Positions 44,139 through 53,598 of a DNA stretch of 64,000 bases are shown in pieces; positions within the stretch are counted from its first letter, which is position 1, and every line of letters begins with the position of its first letter. The translations under genes were made by a program, and so were the position numbers. The notes below the pieces were generated by a model. It did not search any database. It was not told the origin of the DNA and saw only the letters and a program-made list of their open reading frames with translations. The stretch covers positions 6,641-70,640 of the forward strand of contig CAWCMK010000007.1 in assembly GCA_963796705.1 (NCBI GenBank), given 5' to 3'. This DNA is from an uncultured Solirubrobacterales bacterium (GTDB taxonomy: Bacteria > Actinomycetota > Thermoleophilia > Solirubrobacterales > 70-9).

Positions 44139-44815
44139 CCAGCTTCCGCTCGGCCTACTGGGCGATCCTCACAAAGGACCTGCGGGCCGAGCTGCGCACC
44201 CTGCAGTCGCTGCCGGCGATGGCCCTCTTCGCGGTCACCGCCTTCATCATCTTCCGCTTCGCTCTGGACCGCACGAGCCTCTCGGGGAGCCTTGCCGCCG
44301 GCGTCCTGTGGGCGACGCTGCTGTTCGCCGCGGTGCTCGGCATCAACCGCCTGTTCGTCGCCGAGCGCGAGGAGGGAGGCTTTGACGCGATCCGCCTGGC
44401 GCCGATCGACCGCACCGTCCTGTTCGCGGCCAAGGCGAGCGCGCTGCTGGTCTTCCTCGGCGCCCTGGAGCTGGTCGCGGTGCCGGTCTTTGCTCTCTTC
44501 TTCCTCGGCTCGCTCGCCGGCCTGGCGCCGCTGGTCGCAGTGCTCGTCCTCGCCGACCTCGGTCTCGCCGCGACCGGGACGCTGATCTCCTCGATGGCGG
44601 TCAACTCGCGGGCCCGCGACCTGCTCGTGCCGCTTGTCCTGCTGCCCTTGGTCGTGCCGCTGATGATCGCCGCCGCCGGTGCGACCGAGCCGCTGCTCGC
44701 CCTCGGCGGACCCGGCTATCACCGCTTCGGAACCTGGCTGGCGGTGCTCGGCCTATACGATTCGGTCTTCCTGTTGGTCGGATACGCGGTCTTCGACTTC
44801 CTGCTCGAGGATTGA
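44135..44815 (+). CDS. ccmB: Heme exporter protein CcmB
   Basis: 226-aa polytopic protein. GVLWATLLFAAVLGINRLFVAEREEGGFDAIRLAPI aligns with the E. coli CcmB block GIIWVAALLSSLLALERLFRDDLQDGSLEQLMLLPL (from memory). It overlaps the ccmA stop (GTGA). Confidence 0.75.
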   Translation: MTSFRSAYWAILTKDLRAELRTLQSLPAMALFAVTAFIIFRFALDRTSLSGSLAAGVLWATLLFAAVLGINRLFVAEREEGGFDAIRLAPIDRTVLFAAKASALLVFLGALELVAVPVFALFFLGSLAGLAPLVAVLVLADLGLAATGTLISSMAVNSRARDLLVPLVLLPLVVPLMIAAAGATEPLLALGGPGYHRFGTWLAVLGLYDSVFLLVGYAVFDFLLED

Positions 44816-44845
44816 GCGCAACCCGCTCGGCACCGCGATGAACCC

Positions 44846-45568
44846 ATGTACGGCAAAGGCCTGAGACCCCTCTCGATAGCGACCGTGGTTGCGATCGCCG
44901 CGGCGCTCTCGCTGGTCTTCTTCTACGCGCCGCTGGATGCCGACCAGGGCTTCATCCAGAAGATCTTCTACCTGCACGTGCCGCTGGCGATGACGGCCCT
45001 CGTCGGTTTCATCCTCGGCGGCCTCTTCGCGATCGCCCACCTGCGCAGTGGCAACCGCAAGTGGGATGCCTACTCCTACGTCTCGATCCATATCTCGGTG
45101 ATCTTCGGCGTCGCCGTTTTGATCACGGGGGCGATCTGGGCGAAGGCCTCCTGGGGCCACTGGTGGGTCTGGAACGAGCCGACGCTGGTCAGCTTCCTGA
45201 TCGTCTTCCTGCTCTATGCGACCTACTACCCGTTCCGCTACGCGATCGAGGACCCCGAGCGGCAGGCTCGCTACGCGTCGGTCTTCGCGGTCACGGCGGG
45301 GGCCTTCGTGCCGCTGAACTTCATCGCCGTGCGGATGGCGCAGAGCCTCGTCCATCCTCGGGTCTTCGGAACCGCAAACGGCGGCCTGCCGGGCGCGATG
45401 ATGTTCACCTTCCTGATCAGCCTCCTCGCGATCGCCCTGCTCTGGGTGACGCTCGTCAAGTTCGAGCTGACCGCGAAGAGCGCCAGGGGGCAGGTCAAGC
45501 GCCTGCGGCGCGCGCTCGACGCGCCCCTCCCCGGCGGCGGCTCGCGCGTCGCCCCGGAGGTGAGATAG
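44846..45568 (+). CDS. ccmC: Heme exporter protein CcmC (WWD-domain protein)
   Basis: 240 aa with the Trp-rich motif WGHWWVWNEPTL (compare WGxxWxWDxRLT) and flanking His residues. Confidence 0.75.
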   Translation: MYGKGLRPLSIATVVAIAAALSLVFFYAPLDADQGFIQKIFYLHVPLAMTALVGFILGGLFAIAHLRSGNRKWDAYSYVSIHISVIFGVAVLITGAIWAKASWGHWWVWNEPTLVSFLIVFLLYATYYPFRYAIEDPERQARYASVFAVTAGAFVPLNFIAVRMAQSLVHPRVFGTANGGLPGAMMFTFLISLLAIALLWVTLVKFELTAKSARGQVKRLRRALDAPLPGGGSRVAPEVR

Positions 45569-45841
45569 GTGCTGGCATTGCTCGCCGAGGCCCCGGCGCT
45601 GCCGCTCCATGAGGCCGGCAAGTACGTCGCCGGTGCCTATGTCGTCTTCCTCGTGCTGGTCGTCGTCTACGTCGCGATCATGGCCGCCCGCCTGCACCGC
45701 ATCGAGCGCGAACTGCGGGAACTGGCCAGCTTCGCGGAGACCCGATCGAAGGTCGATGAGATCGCCTCTGAAGCCGGGAGCGAGGAGGACTCCGTATCGG
45801 TCTCCTCCGCTCCGGCCAAGAGCAGCGGAGGCGAGGCCTGA
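45569..45841 (+). CDS. Small single-TM protein, CcmD-like
   Basis: It starts immediately after the ccmC stop. It has a single TM (YVAGAYVVFLVLVVVYVAIMAA) followed by a charged tail, like CcmD in position and topology. Confidence 0.45.
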   Translation: MLALLAEAPALPLHEAGKYVAGAYVVFLVLVVVYVAIMAARLHRIERELRELASFAETRSKVDEIASEAGSEEDSVSVSSAPAKSSGGEA

Positions 45842-45869
45842 TGGCCGCCGGGCGGGCGGGCGGAACTCG

Positions 45870-47201
45870 ATGAGCGAGCTGCTCGCCCTCGGGGTATCCC
45901 ACAAGACGGCGCCGCTCGACCTGCGCGAGCGCCTCTCGCTGACCGAGGGCAGCGCCCTCGGCGCCCTGCGCGAGCTGCACACCGCCGAGGGGATCCACGA
46001 GGCGGCGGCGATCTCGACCTGCAACCGGACCGAGCTCTACCTGATCGTCTCCGACACGGTCGCCGCCGAGTCGACGGCGCTCGGCGTCCTCACCCGCCAG
46101 GCGGAGATCCCCCCCACCGAGCTTCTCGGCCACCTCTACTCGCACCGTGGCGGCGAGGCCGCTCACCACCTTTTCCGGGTCACCGCGGGACTCGACTCGA
46201 TGGTCGTCGGCGAGGCCGAGATCCAGGGGCAGGTCAAACGCGCCTACGAGCTGGCCCTGGTGGAGGGGGCGACGGGACCGATCCTCAACCGTCTCTTCCG
46301 CGGCGCCCTCGCCGCCGGCGGTCGCGTCCGCGGGGAGACGCGAATCGGCGAGAAGGGCGTCTCGATCCCCTCGGTGGCGGTCGAGCTGGCGCGGCGAACC
46401 CTGGGCGACCTGGCCGAGCGGCGGGTGCTCGTGGTGGGCGCCGGGGAGACCGCCGAGCTGGTCGCCCGGGCGCTGGTCGCCCGCGGCGTCGCCAGCGTCT
46501 TTGTCGCCAACCGCCATTACGACCGGGCGATCGGGCTCGCCCAACAGTTCCACGGCGAGGCGGTGCGATTCGACGAGCTGCCCGCGCAGCTGCAGGCGGC
46601 CGACATCGTCGTCTCGGCCACCAACTCCCCCCACCACATCGTCGAGCGCGACGAGCTGACCGAGGTGATGCTGACGAGGCAGGGACGGCCACTGCTGCTC
46701 GTCGATATCGCCGTCCCACGCGACATCGAGCCGGCCTGTCGAGAGATCGCCGGAGTCAGCCTGCACGACCTCGACGACGTGCAGCAGATCGCCGAGCGCA
46801 ACGCCAGCGGCCGTGGCGCCGAGGCGCGTCGCGCGGAGCCGATCCTCGCCGCCGAGCTCGACCGATTCGAGGGCTGGCTCGCCTCACTTGAAGTGGTACC
46901 GACGATCGCCGCCCTGCGCGAACGCGGCGAGGAGATCGCGCGCCGCGTGCTGGCCGAGAATGAGGGTCGCTGGGAGGGCGACCTCACGGAGGCCGACCGG
47001 GAGCGCCTGGGGGCGATGGCCAGAGCGATCGCCTCCCGTCTCCTGCACGACCCCACCCTGAGGATCAAGCGCTCGGCCGGCAGCGAGGATGCCTACCTCT
47101 ACGTCAGCGCCCTGCGCGAGCTTTTCGGCCTCGACGGCGAGACCAGGCCCGAGGGCGAGGCGGGGGCGAGCGTCACCGAGCTTCGCCGCAAAGAGGTCTG
47201 A
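45870..47201 (+). CDS. hemA: Glutamyl-tRNA reductase
   Basis: MSELLALGVSHKTAPLDLRERL, CNRTELY, NADPH-binding VLVVGAGETAELV. Start taken at ATG 45870; the ORF-track upstream extension is rejected. Confidence 0.9.
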   Translation: MSELLALGVSHKTAPLDLRERLSLTEGSALGALRELHTAEGIHEAAAISTCNRTELYLIVSDTVAAESTALGVLTRQAEIPPTELLGHLYSHRGGEAAHHLFRVTAGLDSMVVGEAEIQGQVKRAYELALVEGATGPILNRLFRGALAAGGRVRGETRIGEKGVSIPSVAVELARRTLGDLAERRVLVVGAGETAELVARALVARGVASVFVANRHYDRAIGLAQQFHGEAVRFDELPAQLQAADIVVSATNSPHHIVERDELTEVMLTRQGRPLLLVDIAVPRDIEPACREIAGVSLHDLDDVQQIAERNASGRGAEARRAEPILAAELDRFEGWLASLEVVPTIAALRERGEEIARRVLAENEGRWEGDLTEADRERLGAMARAIASRLLHDPTLRIKRSAGSEDAYLYVSALRELFGLDGETRPEGEAGASVTELRRKEV

Positions 47202-47210
47202 GGTCTGTGC

Positions 47211-48092
47211 GTGGCGCTGCGAATCGCCAGCCGCGCTAGCGCCCTGGCGCTCGCCCAGGCAGGCCAGGTGGCCGAAATGCTCGGCGGCGCCGAGTTGATC
47301 GAGGTCTCCTCAGACGGGGCTCGGGGAGATAAGAGCCGCTTCGTGCGCGGGGTCGAGCGCGCCCTGTTGGCCGGCGAAGCCGACGTCGGCGTGCACTCGG
47401 CGAAGGACCTCCCGGCCGAGCTGACCGAAGGCCTGACCCTGGCCTCGGTGCCGCCGCGCGAGGACCCGGCCGACGCGTGGGTGGGAGCCGAGGGGGGACT
47501 CGACCAGGTGCCCGAGGGGGCACGGGTCGGGACCGCCAGCCTGCGGCGCCGCGCCCAGCTGTTGGCCGAGCGACCAGACCTGGAAGTGAGCGAGCTGCAC
47601 GGCAACGTCGATACCAGGCTGCGAGAACTCTCGCAGGGAGACCTGGACGCGATCGTGCTGGCCGTCGCCGGGCTGCGCAGACTGGGGCGCGAGGCTGAGG
47701 TCTCCTTCCGGCTGCCGTTTAACTCGATGACCCCTGCGGCCGGCCAGGGAGCGCTGCTATTGCAAACCCGGGCCGATGATGGGGCGGCATTGGCCGCGGT
47801 CGAGCCGCTGACCGATGGCCCGGCCCTGCGCGAGGTGACCGCCGAGCGGACCGTGGTGGCCCTTCTTCGGGCGACCTGCAACAGCCCGCTGGGCGTCCGC
47901 GGCGCCGTCGACCTGACCACCCGTCGGATGCGGATCGAGGCCTTCGTCGGCCTTCCCGACGGGGGCGATTGGATCCGCGACCGGATCGAGGGCGACTCGA
48001 CGGAGCCGAGCCTGCTGGGGGCCGAACTCGCGAGGCGTCTGCTCGGTGCGGGGGCCCGCGAGATTCTTGACCGAGCGGAGCAGATGGCGTGA
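47211..48092 (+). CDS. hemC: Hydroxymethylbilane synthase (porphobilinogen deaminase)
   Basis: LRIASRASALALAQA, GVHSAKDLP, GTASLRRRAQL, GNVDTRLREL. Confidence 0.9.
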   Translation: MALRIASRASALALAQAGQVAEMLGGAELIEVSSDGARGDKSRFVRGVERALLAGEADVGVHSAKDLPAELTEGLTLASVPPREDPADAWVGAEGGLDQVPEGARVGTASLRRRAQLLAERPDLEVSELHGNVDTRLRELSQGDLDAIVLAVAGLRRLGREAEVSFRLPFNSMTPAAGQGALLLQTRADDGAALAAVEPLTDGPALREVTAERTVVALLRATCNSPLGVRGAVDLTTRRMRIEAFVGLPDGGDWIRDRIEGDSTEPSLLGAELARRLLGAGAREILDRAEQMA

Positions 48093-49594
48093 GCGCGCGG
48101 CCGGGAATCGTCTATTTGGTCGGCGCCGGTCCCGGCGACCGCGGGCTGATGACCGCCCGCTCGCTGGAGCTGATCGCCAGCGCCGACGTGATCCTTCATG
48201 ACCGGCTGATCCCAGCCGGGGCGCTCGATGGGGCCCGCGAGGGGGCCGAGCTCCTCTACGTGGGCAAGGAGCCGGGCGCCGCATCGGTGCCCCAGGAGGA
48301 GATCGCCGCGCGGCTGATCGAGGCGGCTCGCGGCGGTCGCAGCGTCGTGCGACTCAAGGGCGGTGACCCGTTCGTCTTCGGTCGCGGCGGCGAGGAGGGC
48401 GAAGCCCTGCACGAGGCGGGAGTCGAGTTCGAGGTCGTCCCCGGGGTCACGGCCGGCGTCGGCGCCCCGGCCTACGCCGGCATCCCCCTCACCCACCGCG
48501 AGGACGCCTCCGCCGTTGCCTTTGTGACCGGTCACGAGGACCCCGCGAAGCCCGGCACGGCGCTTGACTGGGAGGCGCTGGCGCGCTTCCCGGGGACGCT
48601 CGTCTTCTACATGGGCATCCGCAACCTGGGAGCCAACGTGCAGGCGCTGATCGACGCCGGCCGCGATCCCGGGGAGCCCGCGGCCGCGATCGAGCGCGGC
48701 ACCAGCGAGCGCCAGCGCACGGTCACGGCGACGCTCGCGACGCTCGCGGCCGAGGTCGAGCGGGCCCGGGTGGGCGCTCCGGCGCTGATCGTCCTCGGTG
48801 AGGTCGTCCGACGTCGCCAGGCCCTTGCCTGGTTTGAGCGCCGTCCCCTGCAAGGCCGCCGCGTCCTCATCACCCGCGCCCGCGCCCAGGCGAGTGACCT
48901 GGCGGCGACCCTGCGGGCGCTCGGCGCCGCGGTGGTCGAGCTCCCGGGGATTCGCATCGAGCCCCGCCTCGACAGCGAGGCGGTGCGCAGGATGCTCGAG
49001 GCACTCGACGAGTACGAGCTCATCTGCCTGACCAGCCCCAACGCGGTGGCGCTCCTCTTCGAGGCGCTTGCAGGCGCGGGCCGCGATGCGCGCGCCCTCG
49101 CCGCCGCGAGAGTCGCCGCGATCGGCCCGGCCAGCGCCCGGGAGCTCGGCCGCCACGGAGTCATCGCCGACGTGGTGGCCGAGCGCTTCATCGCCGAGGG
49201 CCTGATCGAAGCCCTCGCTGAGATCGAGCTAGGGGGCATGCGAGTGCTCCTCGCCCGGGCCGCCGAGGCCCGCGACACGCTTCCCGACTGGCTGCGCGAG
49301 CGCGGTGCCGAGGTCGACATCGTGGCTCTGTATGAGACGGTCCGCGAGCAGCCTGATGGGGCGGCGATCGAGGCGGCGCTGGAAGCCGACTACGTCACCT
49401 TCACCTCCTCCTCGACGGTGCGCAACCTGACCGAGGCGCTTGGCGAGCGTTTCCCGCGGGCCGCGCGCATCGTCTCGATCGGACCGATGACCAGCGCGGC
49501 CGTGCGAGAGGCGGGTCTCGAGGTCGCCCTCGAGGCCGAACGCCACGACCTCGAGGGCCTGGTGTCCGCCCTCCTCACCGATGCAGCGAATTGA
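48089..49594 (+). CDS. Bifunctional uroporphyrinogen-III C-methyltransferase / uroporphyrinogen-III synthase
   Basis: N-terminal SUMT motifs (VYLVGAGPGDRGLMT, VVRLKGGDPFVFGRGGEE) and a C-terminal HemD-like half (RVLITRARAQASDLAATLRALGA...). It overlaps the hemC stop. Confidence 0.85.
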   Translation: MSARPGIVYLVGAGPGDRGLMTARSLELIASADVILHDRLIPAGALDGAREGAELLYVGKEPGAASVPQEEIAARLIEAARGGRSVVRLKGGDPFVFGRGGEEGEALHEAGVEFEVVPGVTAGVGAPAYAGIPLTHREDASAVAFVTGHEDPAKPGTALDWEALARFPGTLVFYMGIRNLGANVQALIDAGRDPGEPAAAIERGTSERQRTVTATLATLAAEVERARVGAPALIVLGEVVRRRQALAWFERRPLQGRRVLITRARAQASDLAATLRALGAAVVELPGIRIEPRLDSEAVRRMLEALDEYELICLTSPNAVALLFEALAGAGRDARALAAARVAAIGPASARELGRHGVIADVVAERFIAEGLIEALAEIELGGMRVLLARAAEARDTLPDWLRERGAEVDIVALYETVREQPDGAAIEAALEADYVTFTSSSTVRNLTEALGERFPRAARIVSIGPMTSAAVREAGLEVALEAERHDLEGLVSALLTDAAN

Positions 49595-49627
49595 TCGCGC
49601 CATGGACCCGAATCTCGGCGCGCGACG

Positions 49628-50341
49628 ATGATCGGCACCGGGTTCGGAGCGCCCCACAGGCACCTCCGCCTGACGGATTCGACGAACAACCGCGCCCGGG
49701 AGCTGGCCGAAGCGGGCGCATCGCACGGCACCGTGGTGACCGCCGAGGAGCAGAGCGCAGGACGCGGGCGCCTGGGTCGCACCTGGACGGCTCCCAGGGG
49801 TAAGGCGCTGCTCTATTCGGCGATCGTGACGCCCCTCGATGAGCGCCATCTGCTGCTGCCGTTGGCTGTGCCGATCGCCGTGTGTGAGGCCGCCGAGTCC
49901 CTCCAAGAGGGTCTCGAGTGCGCGATCAAGTGGCCGAATGACATCTGGGTCGCGGGGCGCAAGCTGGCCGGGGTCCTGATCGAGGCGCGGCCTCAGGAGG
50001 GCTGGGCGGTGATCGGCGTCGGGCTAAATCTGGCGATCGCGCCGCAGGAGTTCCCACCGCAGCTGCGCCAGAGTGCGACCTCGCTCTCCCTTCAGGGGTC
50101 GGCGATCCGCGAGACGGCGCGGCGAGAACTCGACGCCGCACTCGATCGCTGGGTGATCGCCGAGGGGGAGGCGATTCTCGATGAGTGGCGGGCGCGAGAT
50201 GCCCTCTGCGGCCGCCAGATCTCCTGGGAGGGCGGCTCAGGAGTCGCCGACGGCGTCGACGAGACCGGCAGACTCATCGTCCTGCTCGCCGGCGGCGAGC
50301 CCATCGCCCTCGGCGCCGGCGAGGTCAGCCTCCGGCTCTGA
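49628..50341 (+). CDS. birA: Biotin--[acetyl-CoA-carboxylase] ligase (group I, no HTH)
   Basis: GRGRLGRTW motif, KWPNDIWV, GVLIE. 237 aa. Confidence 0.85.
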   Translation: MIGTGFGAPHRHLRLTDSTNNRARELAEAGASHGTVVTAEEQSAGRGRLGRTWTAPRGKALLYSAIVTPLDERHLLLPLAVPIAVCEAAESLQEGLECAIKWPNDIWVAGRKLAGVLIEARPQEGWAVIGVGLNLAIAPQEFPPQLRQSATSLSLQGSAIRETARRELDAALDRWVIAEGEAILDEWRARDALCGRQISWEGGSGVADGVDETGRLIVLLAGGEPIALGAGEVSLRL

Positions 50342-52855
50342 GGCCCGATCCGACTCCCCGCCGGCCGTCTCCGAGTCCTCGCCTGCTGGGGCACCGTCGG
50401 GTCCCTCCGCGTCCTCGAGCTGCGCCAGATCGCCGTTCGCCGCCTCCGCGACCCCCTCGACATCCTTTCCGCCCCTCTGCTTGCGGCTCCGCTTGCGGCG
50501 CCGCTTGCCGCCCTTGGGGAAGTTGCGCAGAAGCTCGCGTGCGATCGCCGAGGGTTTCCTCGCCATCCGCATCCGCGCCCCGCGGAGCACCTCTTCGCCC
50601 TCGGGTGTGTGGGAAACCGCGGCCGCCAGCAGGGCCACCGCCAGTCGCCGGTCCTGTTTGCGGGCCGCGTGCACCAGACGCCGCGCATTGCGCCCGTGCG
50701 CCCGTCCTGAGGAGTTGACCAGCAGGCCCAGCAACCGCTTGGTCTCGGGCCAGCGCTGCACCGCATACTCTTCGTGCAGCTCGCGGGTGTAGGAGGCGAG
50801 TCGCCAAACCCAGGCCTGGGCCTGGTCGCGGCGGCCGATGCGCTTATCAACCAGCGCCTGCAGCAGGGTCTTGGTTCCCGCGCGCTTGTCGTCGCGGCTC
50901 CAGGCGCCGACGATTTCGATCGCATCATCGAAGGCCTCCGCGTCCCTGAGATCGGCGATCTCGGTCAGGGCTTTGAGCCGTAGCTGGGAGTTGCGGTTGC
51001 GCTGCACGCAGGTCAGCAGGAAGCGCCGTCGCAGCTCCTTGGTCCGCTCGCCCTGCAGCATCGCCCGTGCCCGCCGCCAGCCCTGCGGGTTGACGCGTGC
51101 CCCGGCCAGCGCGGCCCAGGCGTGCTGCTCGGGATAGTCGAGGTTCTCGACCGCGATCCGCCAGATCTCCCGTTCGAGAACCTGCATGCGGCTCTCCTCG
51201 GAGTCAGATACCGGGACGATCCGCCGCTCGACCCGCACCCTTCGCCCCCGCGAGCGTCGCACCGGGCCGACGACGATCGCCCCGCCCCGATAGACCTCGC
51301 GGTCGAGCAGGCTGTGCAGGGTGACGATCGTCTCATCGTGGGTCGTCGCCGGGTGGACAAAGTCGATCACCAGGCCGGCCTCCTTACCCGGGGCGCGGCG
51401 CGTGACCCGCCCCACCCGCTGCTGGTAGACGCGCCGTGAGGCTGTTGGCGCCAGGTGCATACAGATCGTCGCTCGGGGGCTGTTCCACCCCTCCGCCAGA
51501 AGCATCGCGTTGCAGAGCACGTCGACCTCGCCGCGCTCGAAGGCGGCGAGGATCTCGGCCAGCTCACGCTTGGGGGTCTCGCCGGAGACGGCGCGGGCGT
51601 TGATGCCGGCGTCCTGAAAGGCCTTGGCGACGTTCTTCGCGTGCTCCACCCCGGCCGTGTAGAGGACGCCCGGGACCCCGTCGAAACGCGTCCTGTAGAG
51701 GTCGGCGATGGCGACGTTGAAGGGCGCCTGGTCGAGCAGCGCGGCCAGCTCCTCCTGGTCGAAGTCCTGGTCGACCTCGCCTTTGCGCAGCGGCACCTTG
51801 GCGATCGTCCGCACTCCCGGCCCCGGGGGGATGCGCAGGCAGCGCAGCGGCGCGATCACCCCGCGTCGCGCCGCCTGAGCGAGGTCGAAGCGCGAGGTCT
51901 GGGTCGGGAACAGGTCGGCCACGTGGCGGGCGATCAGCGCCCCGGTGGCGGTCATCCCGATGAAGACGGGGCCGGGCCAGGCGCGAATGCAGGCGCTGGT
52001 CTTCTCGCCGAGCGCCGTATGGGCCTCGTCGCAGATCACAATCGAGTAGGCGTCCGAGACGCGCTTGTGGTTGCGGACGAACCACTGGTAGGTCTCCACC
52101 GTCACCGGCCCGTCGGGATCGTCGCGCCCGTCGAGCAGCGGCGGCCGCAGCCGCTCCTTGTAGCCGCGGTCTGAAATCTCGCCGATGAACTGGTCGACGA
52201 GGTTGCGGCGGTGGGTGAGGATCAGGACGCCACCGGTCCGCGATGCCTCGATGAAGCCGACCGCGGCGACCGTCTTACCGGCCCCGGTCGCGTGCTCGAA
52301 CCAGAAGCGGCGCTCGGCTCCAGGGTCCTCGGGAGCGACCTCAACCGTCTCCTCATCCTCGTTCCCGGCCCCCGACTCCTCCCAGTCGCGGGGCTCCTCA
52401 TCGGGGGCCAGCTCCTCGCCCGCCAGCGCCTCCTCGTCGACCTCGCCGTTCTCGGAGGCCTCGGGCAGCTCGCCTTCGGCGGTTGGCGGAGTGCCGTTCT
52501 CGGCCGCTGTCTGCTGCTCGGTCATCAGCTCGGCAAGCGTTCCCGAGAGCGCGTCGACCTGGTGGGGGTTCAGCTCCGCACCGTCGCGCAACTGCGGTGG
52601 TTCATCGGCCAAGAGCCGCTCGAGCCCGAGCAGCAGTGAGAAGTCGCGGCGCCACTGAATCGACGGGTACTCAGCTCCCTCATCGATCTCGGCCAGGGCG
52701 GCGTCGAGCGCGCGGCGGCGGGCCGTGCCGAGCGCCAGCGCCTCAGGGCCCTCGCCGTCGAGCAGGAACGGCTCGCGGGCAAACTCCGCCGCCCGCTCGA
52801 TGTCGGCATCTGAAGGAACTGCCGCCTGCGCGGCAACTTCGCTGGTTTTGGCCAT
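50237..52855 (-). CDS. DEAD/DEAH-box (type III restriction Res-like) helicase with a long C-terminal extension
   Basis: Walker A ATGAGKT, DEAH-like VICDEAH, helicase-C motifs (YQQRVGRVTRR), then a ~330-aa C-terminal region ending in a basic cluster (GGKRRRKRSRKQRGGK) and an acidic tail. Start taken at ATG 52855. The 3' end overlaps birA by ~105 nt. Confidence 0.8.
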   Translation of the reverse strand: MAKTSEVAAQAAVPSDADIERAAEFAREPFLLDGEGPEALALGTARRRALDAALAEIDEGAEYPSIQWRRDFSLLLGLERLLADEPPQLRDGAELNPHQVDALSGTLAELMTEQQTAAENGTPPTAEGELPEASENGEVDEEALAGEELAPDEEPRDWEESGAGNEDEETVEVAPEDPGAERRFWFEHATGAGKTVAAVGFIEASRTGGVLILTHRRNLVDQFIGEISDRGYKERLRPPLLDGRDDPDGPVTVETYQWFVRNHKRVSDAYSIVICDEAHTALGEKTSACIRAWPGPVFIGMTATGALIARHVADLFPTQTSRFDLAQAARRGVIAPLRCLRIPPGPGVRTIAKVPLRKGEVDQDFDQEELAALLDQAPFNVAIADLYRTRFDGVPGVLYTAGVEHAKNVAKAFQDAGINARAVSGETPKRELAEILAAFERGEVDVLCNAMLLAEGWNSPRATICMHLAPTASRRVYQQRVGRVTRRAPGKEAGLVIDFVHPATTHDETIVTLHSLLDREVYRGGAIVVGPVRRSRGRRVRVERRIVPVSDSEESRMQVLEREIWRIAVENLDYPEQHAWAALAGARVNPQGWRRARAMLQGERTKELRRRFLLTCVQRNRNSQLRLKALTEIADLRDAEAFDDAIEIVGAWSRDDKRAGTKTLLQALVDKRIGRRDQAQAWVWRLASYTRELHEEYAVQRWPETKRLLGLLVNSSGRAHGRNARRLVHAARKQDRRLAVALLAAAVSHTPEGEEVLRGARMRMARKPSAIARELLRNFPKGGKRRRKRSRKQRGGKDVEGVAEAANGDLAQLEDAEGPDGAPAGEDSETAGGESDRASEPEADLAGAEGDGLAAGEQDDESAGLVDAVGDS

Positions 52856-53021
52856 CGCGGCTTGTGATTCCGGCCCCCCGGCGCGCGCTCTCCTGCGCCC
52901 GGCGGGGGAAACAGTCGGTGAGGGGGGCCGAGAGTTCGCTGTCTCGCGGCGCTCCCAGAAGGCCCGCAAAATCACAGAGCGGACCGAACGAGCTACGTAT
53001 TGTAGTCATCCCGTGCCGAGG

Positions 53022-53591
53022 ATGGGGCAAAGCCGAAAAATCGCCCTGGCGGCGCTGGCCGTGCTCGCCGCGGGGCTGGGGGGCTGTGGCGGCTCAAGCG
53101 AAGGCGAGCAGGGCAGACACCCCGACTACGCCGCGGCGCTGGCCGGCTCGCCGCCGCCGCTCGCGGCTCTGCACCGCGAGGCGGACGATCTGCTGGGGGG
53201 CGGAACCAGCGCCTTTGAAAGGAGGATCGCTGCGCTGCGCGGCTACCCGGTGATCGTCAACGTCTGGGCCTCCTGGTGCGGAAACTGCCGCTATGAGTTC
53301 CCGACGCTGCAAGGGCTCTCTGCCCGATACGGCAAGCGGGTCGCCTTCCTCGGCGTCGACAGCCAGGACTCCAACGGCGAGGCGAAGGCCTTTCTCGGCG
53401 AAGACCCGGTCCCCTACCCGAGCTATGCCGACCCCGACAGGAGCATCGCCGAAAGCCTCGGCGTCACCTCAGGCATTCCCGACACCGCCTTCTACAACCG
53501 CGCCGGAAAACTTGTCTATCTGAAACGGGGCCCCTACTCACAAGGCTCCGATCTCGAAGCCGATGTCCGCAGCTACGCGCTGGGGTCATGA
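53022..53591 (+). CDS. TlpA/ResA/CcmG-like thiol:disulfide oxidoreductase lipoprotein
   Basis: Lipobox LAAGLGGC-GG, thioredoxin motif VWASWCGNCRYEFP. Start taken at ATG 53022. Confidence 0.8.
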   Translation: MGQSRKIALAALAVLAAGLGGCGGSSEGEQGRHPDYAAALAGSPPPLAALHREADDLLGGGTSAFERRIAALRGYPVIVNVWASWCGNCRYEFPTLQGLSARYGKRVAFLGVDSQDSNGEAKAFLGEDPVPYPSYADPDRSIAESLGVTSGIPDTAFYNRAGKLVYLKRGPYSQGSDLEADVRSYALGS

Positions 53592-53598
53592 TGTAGCC

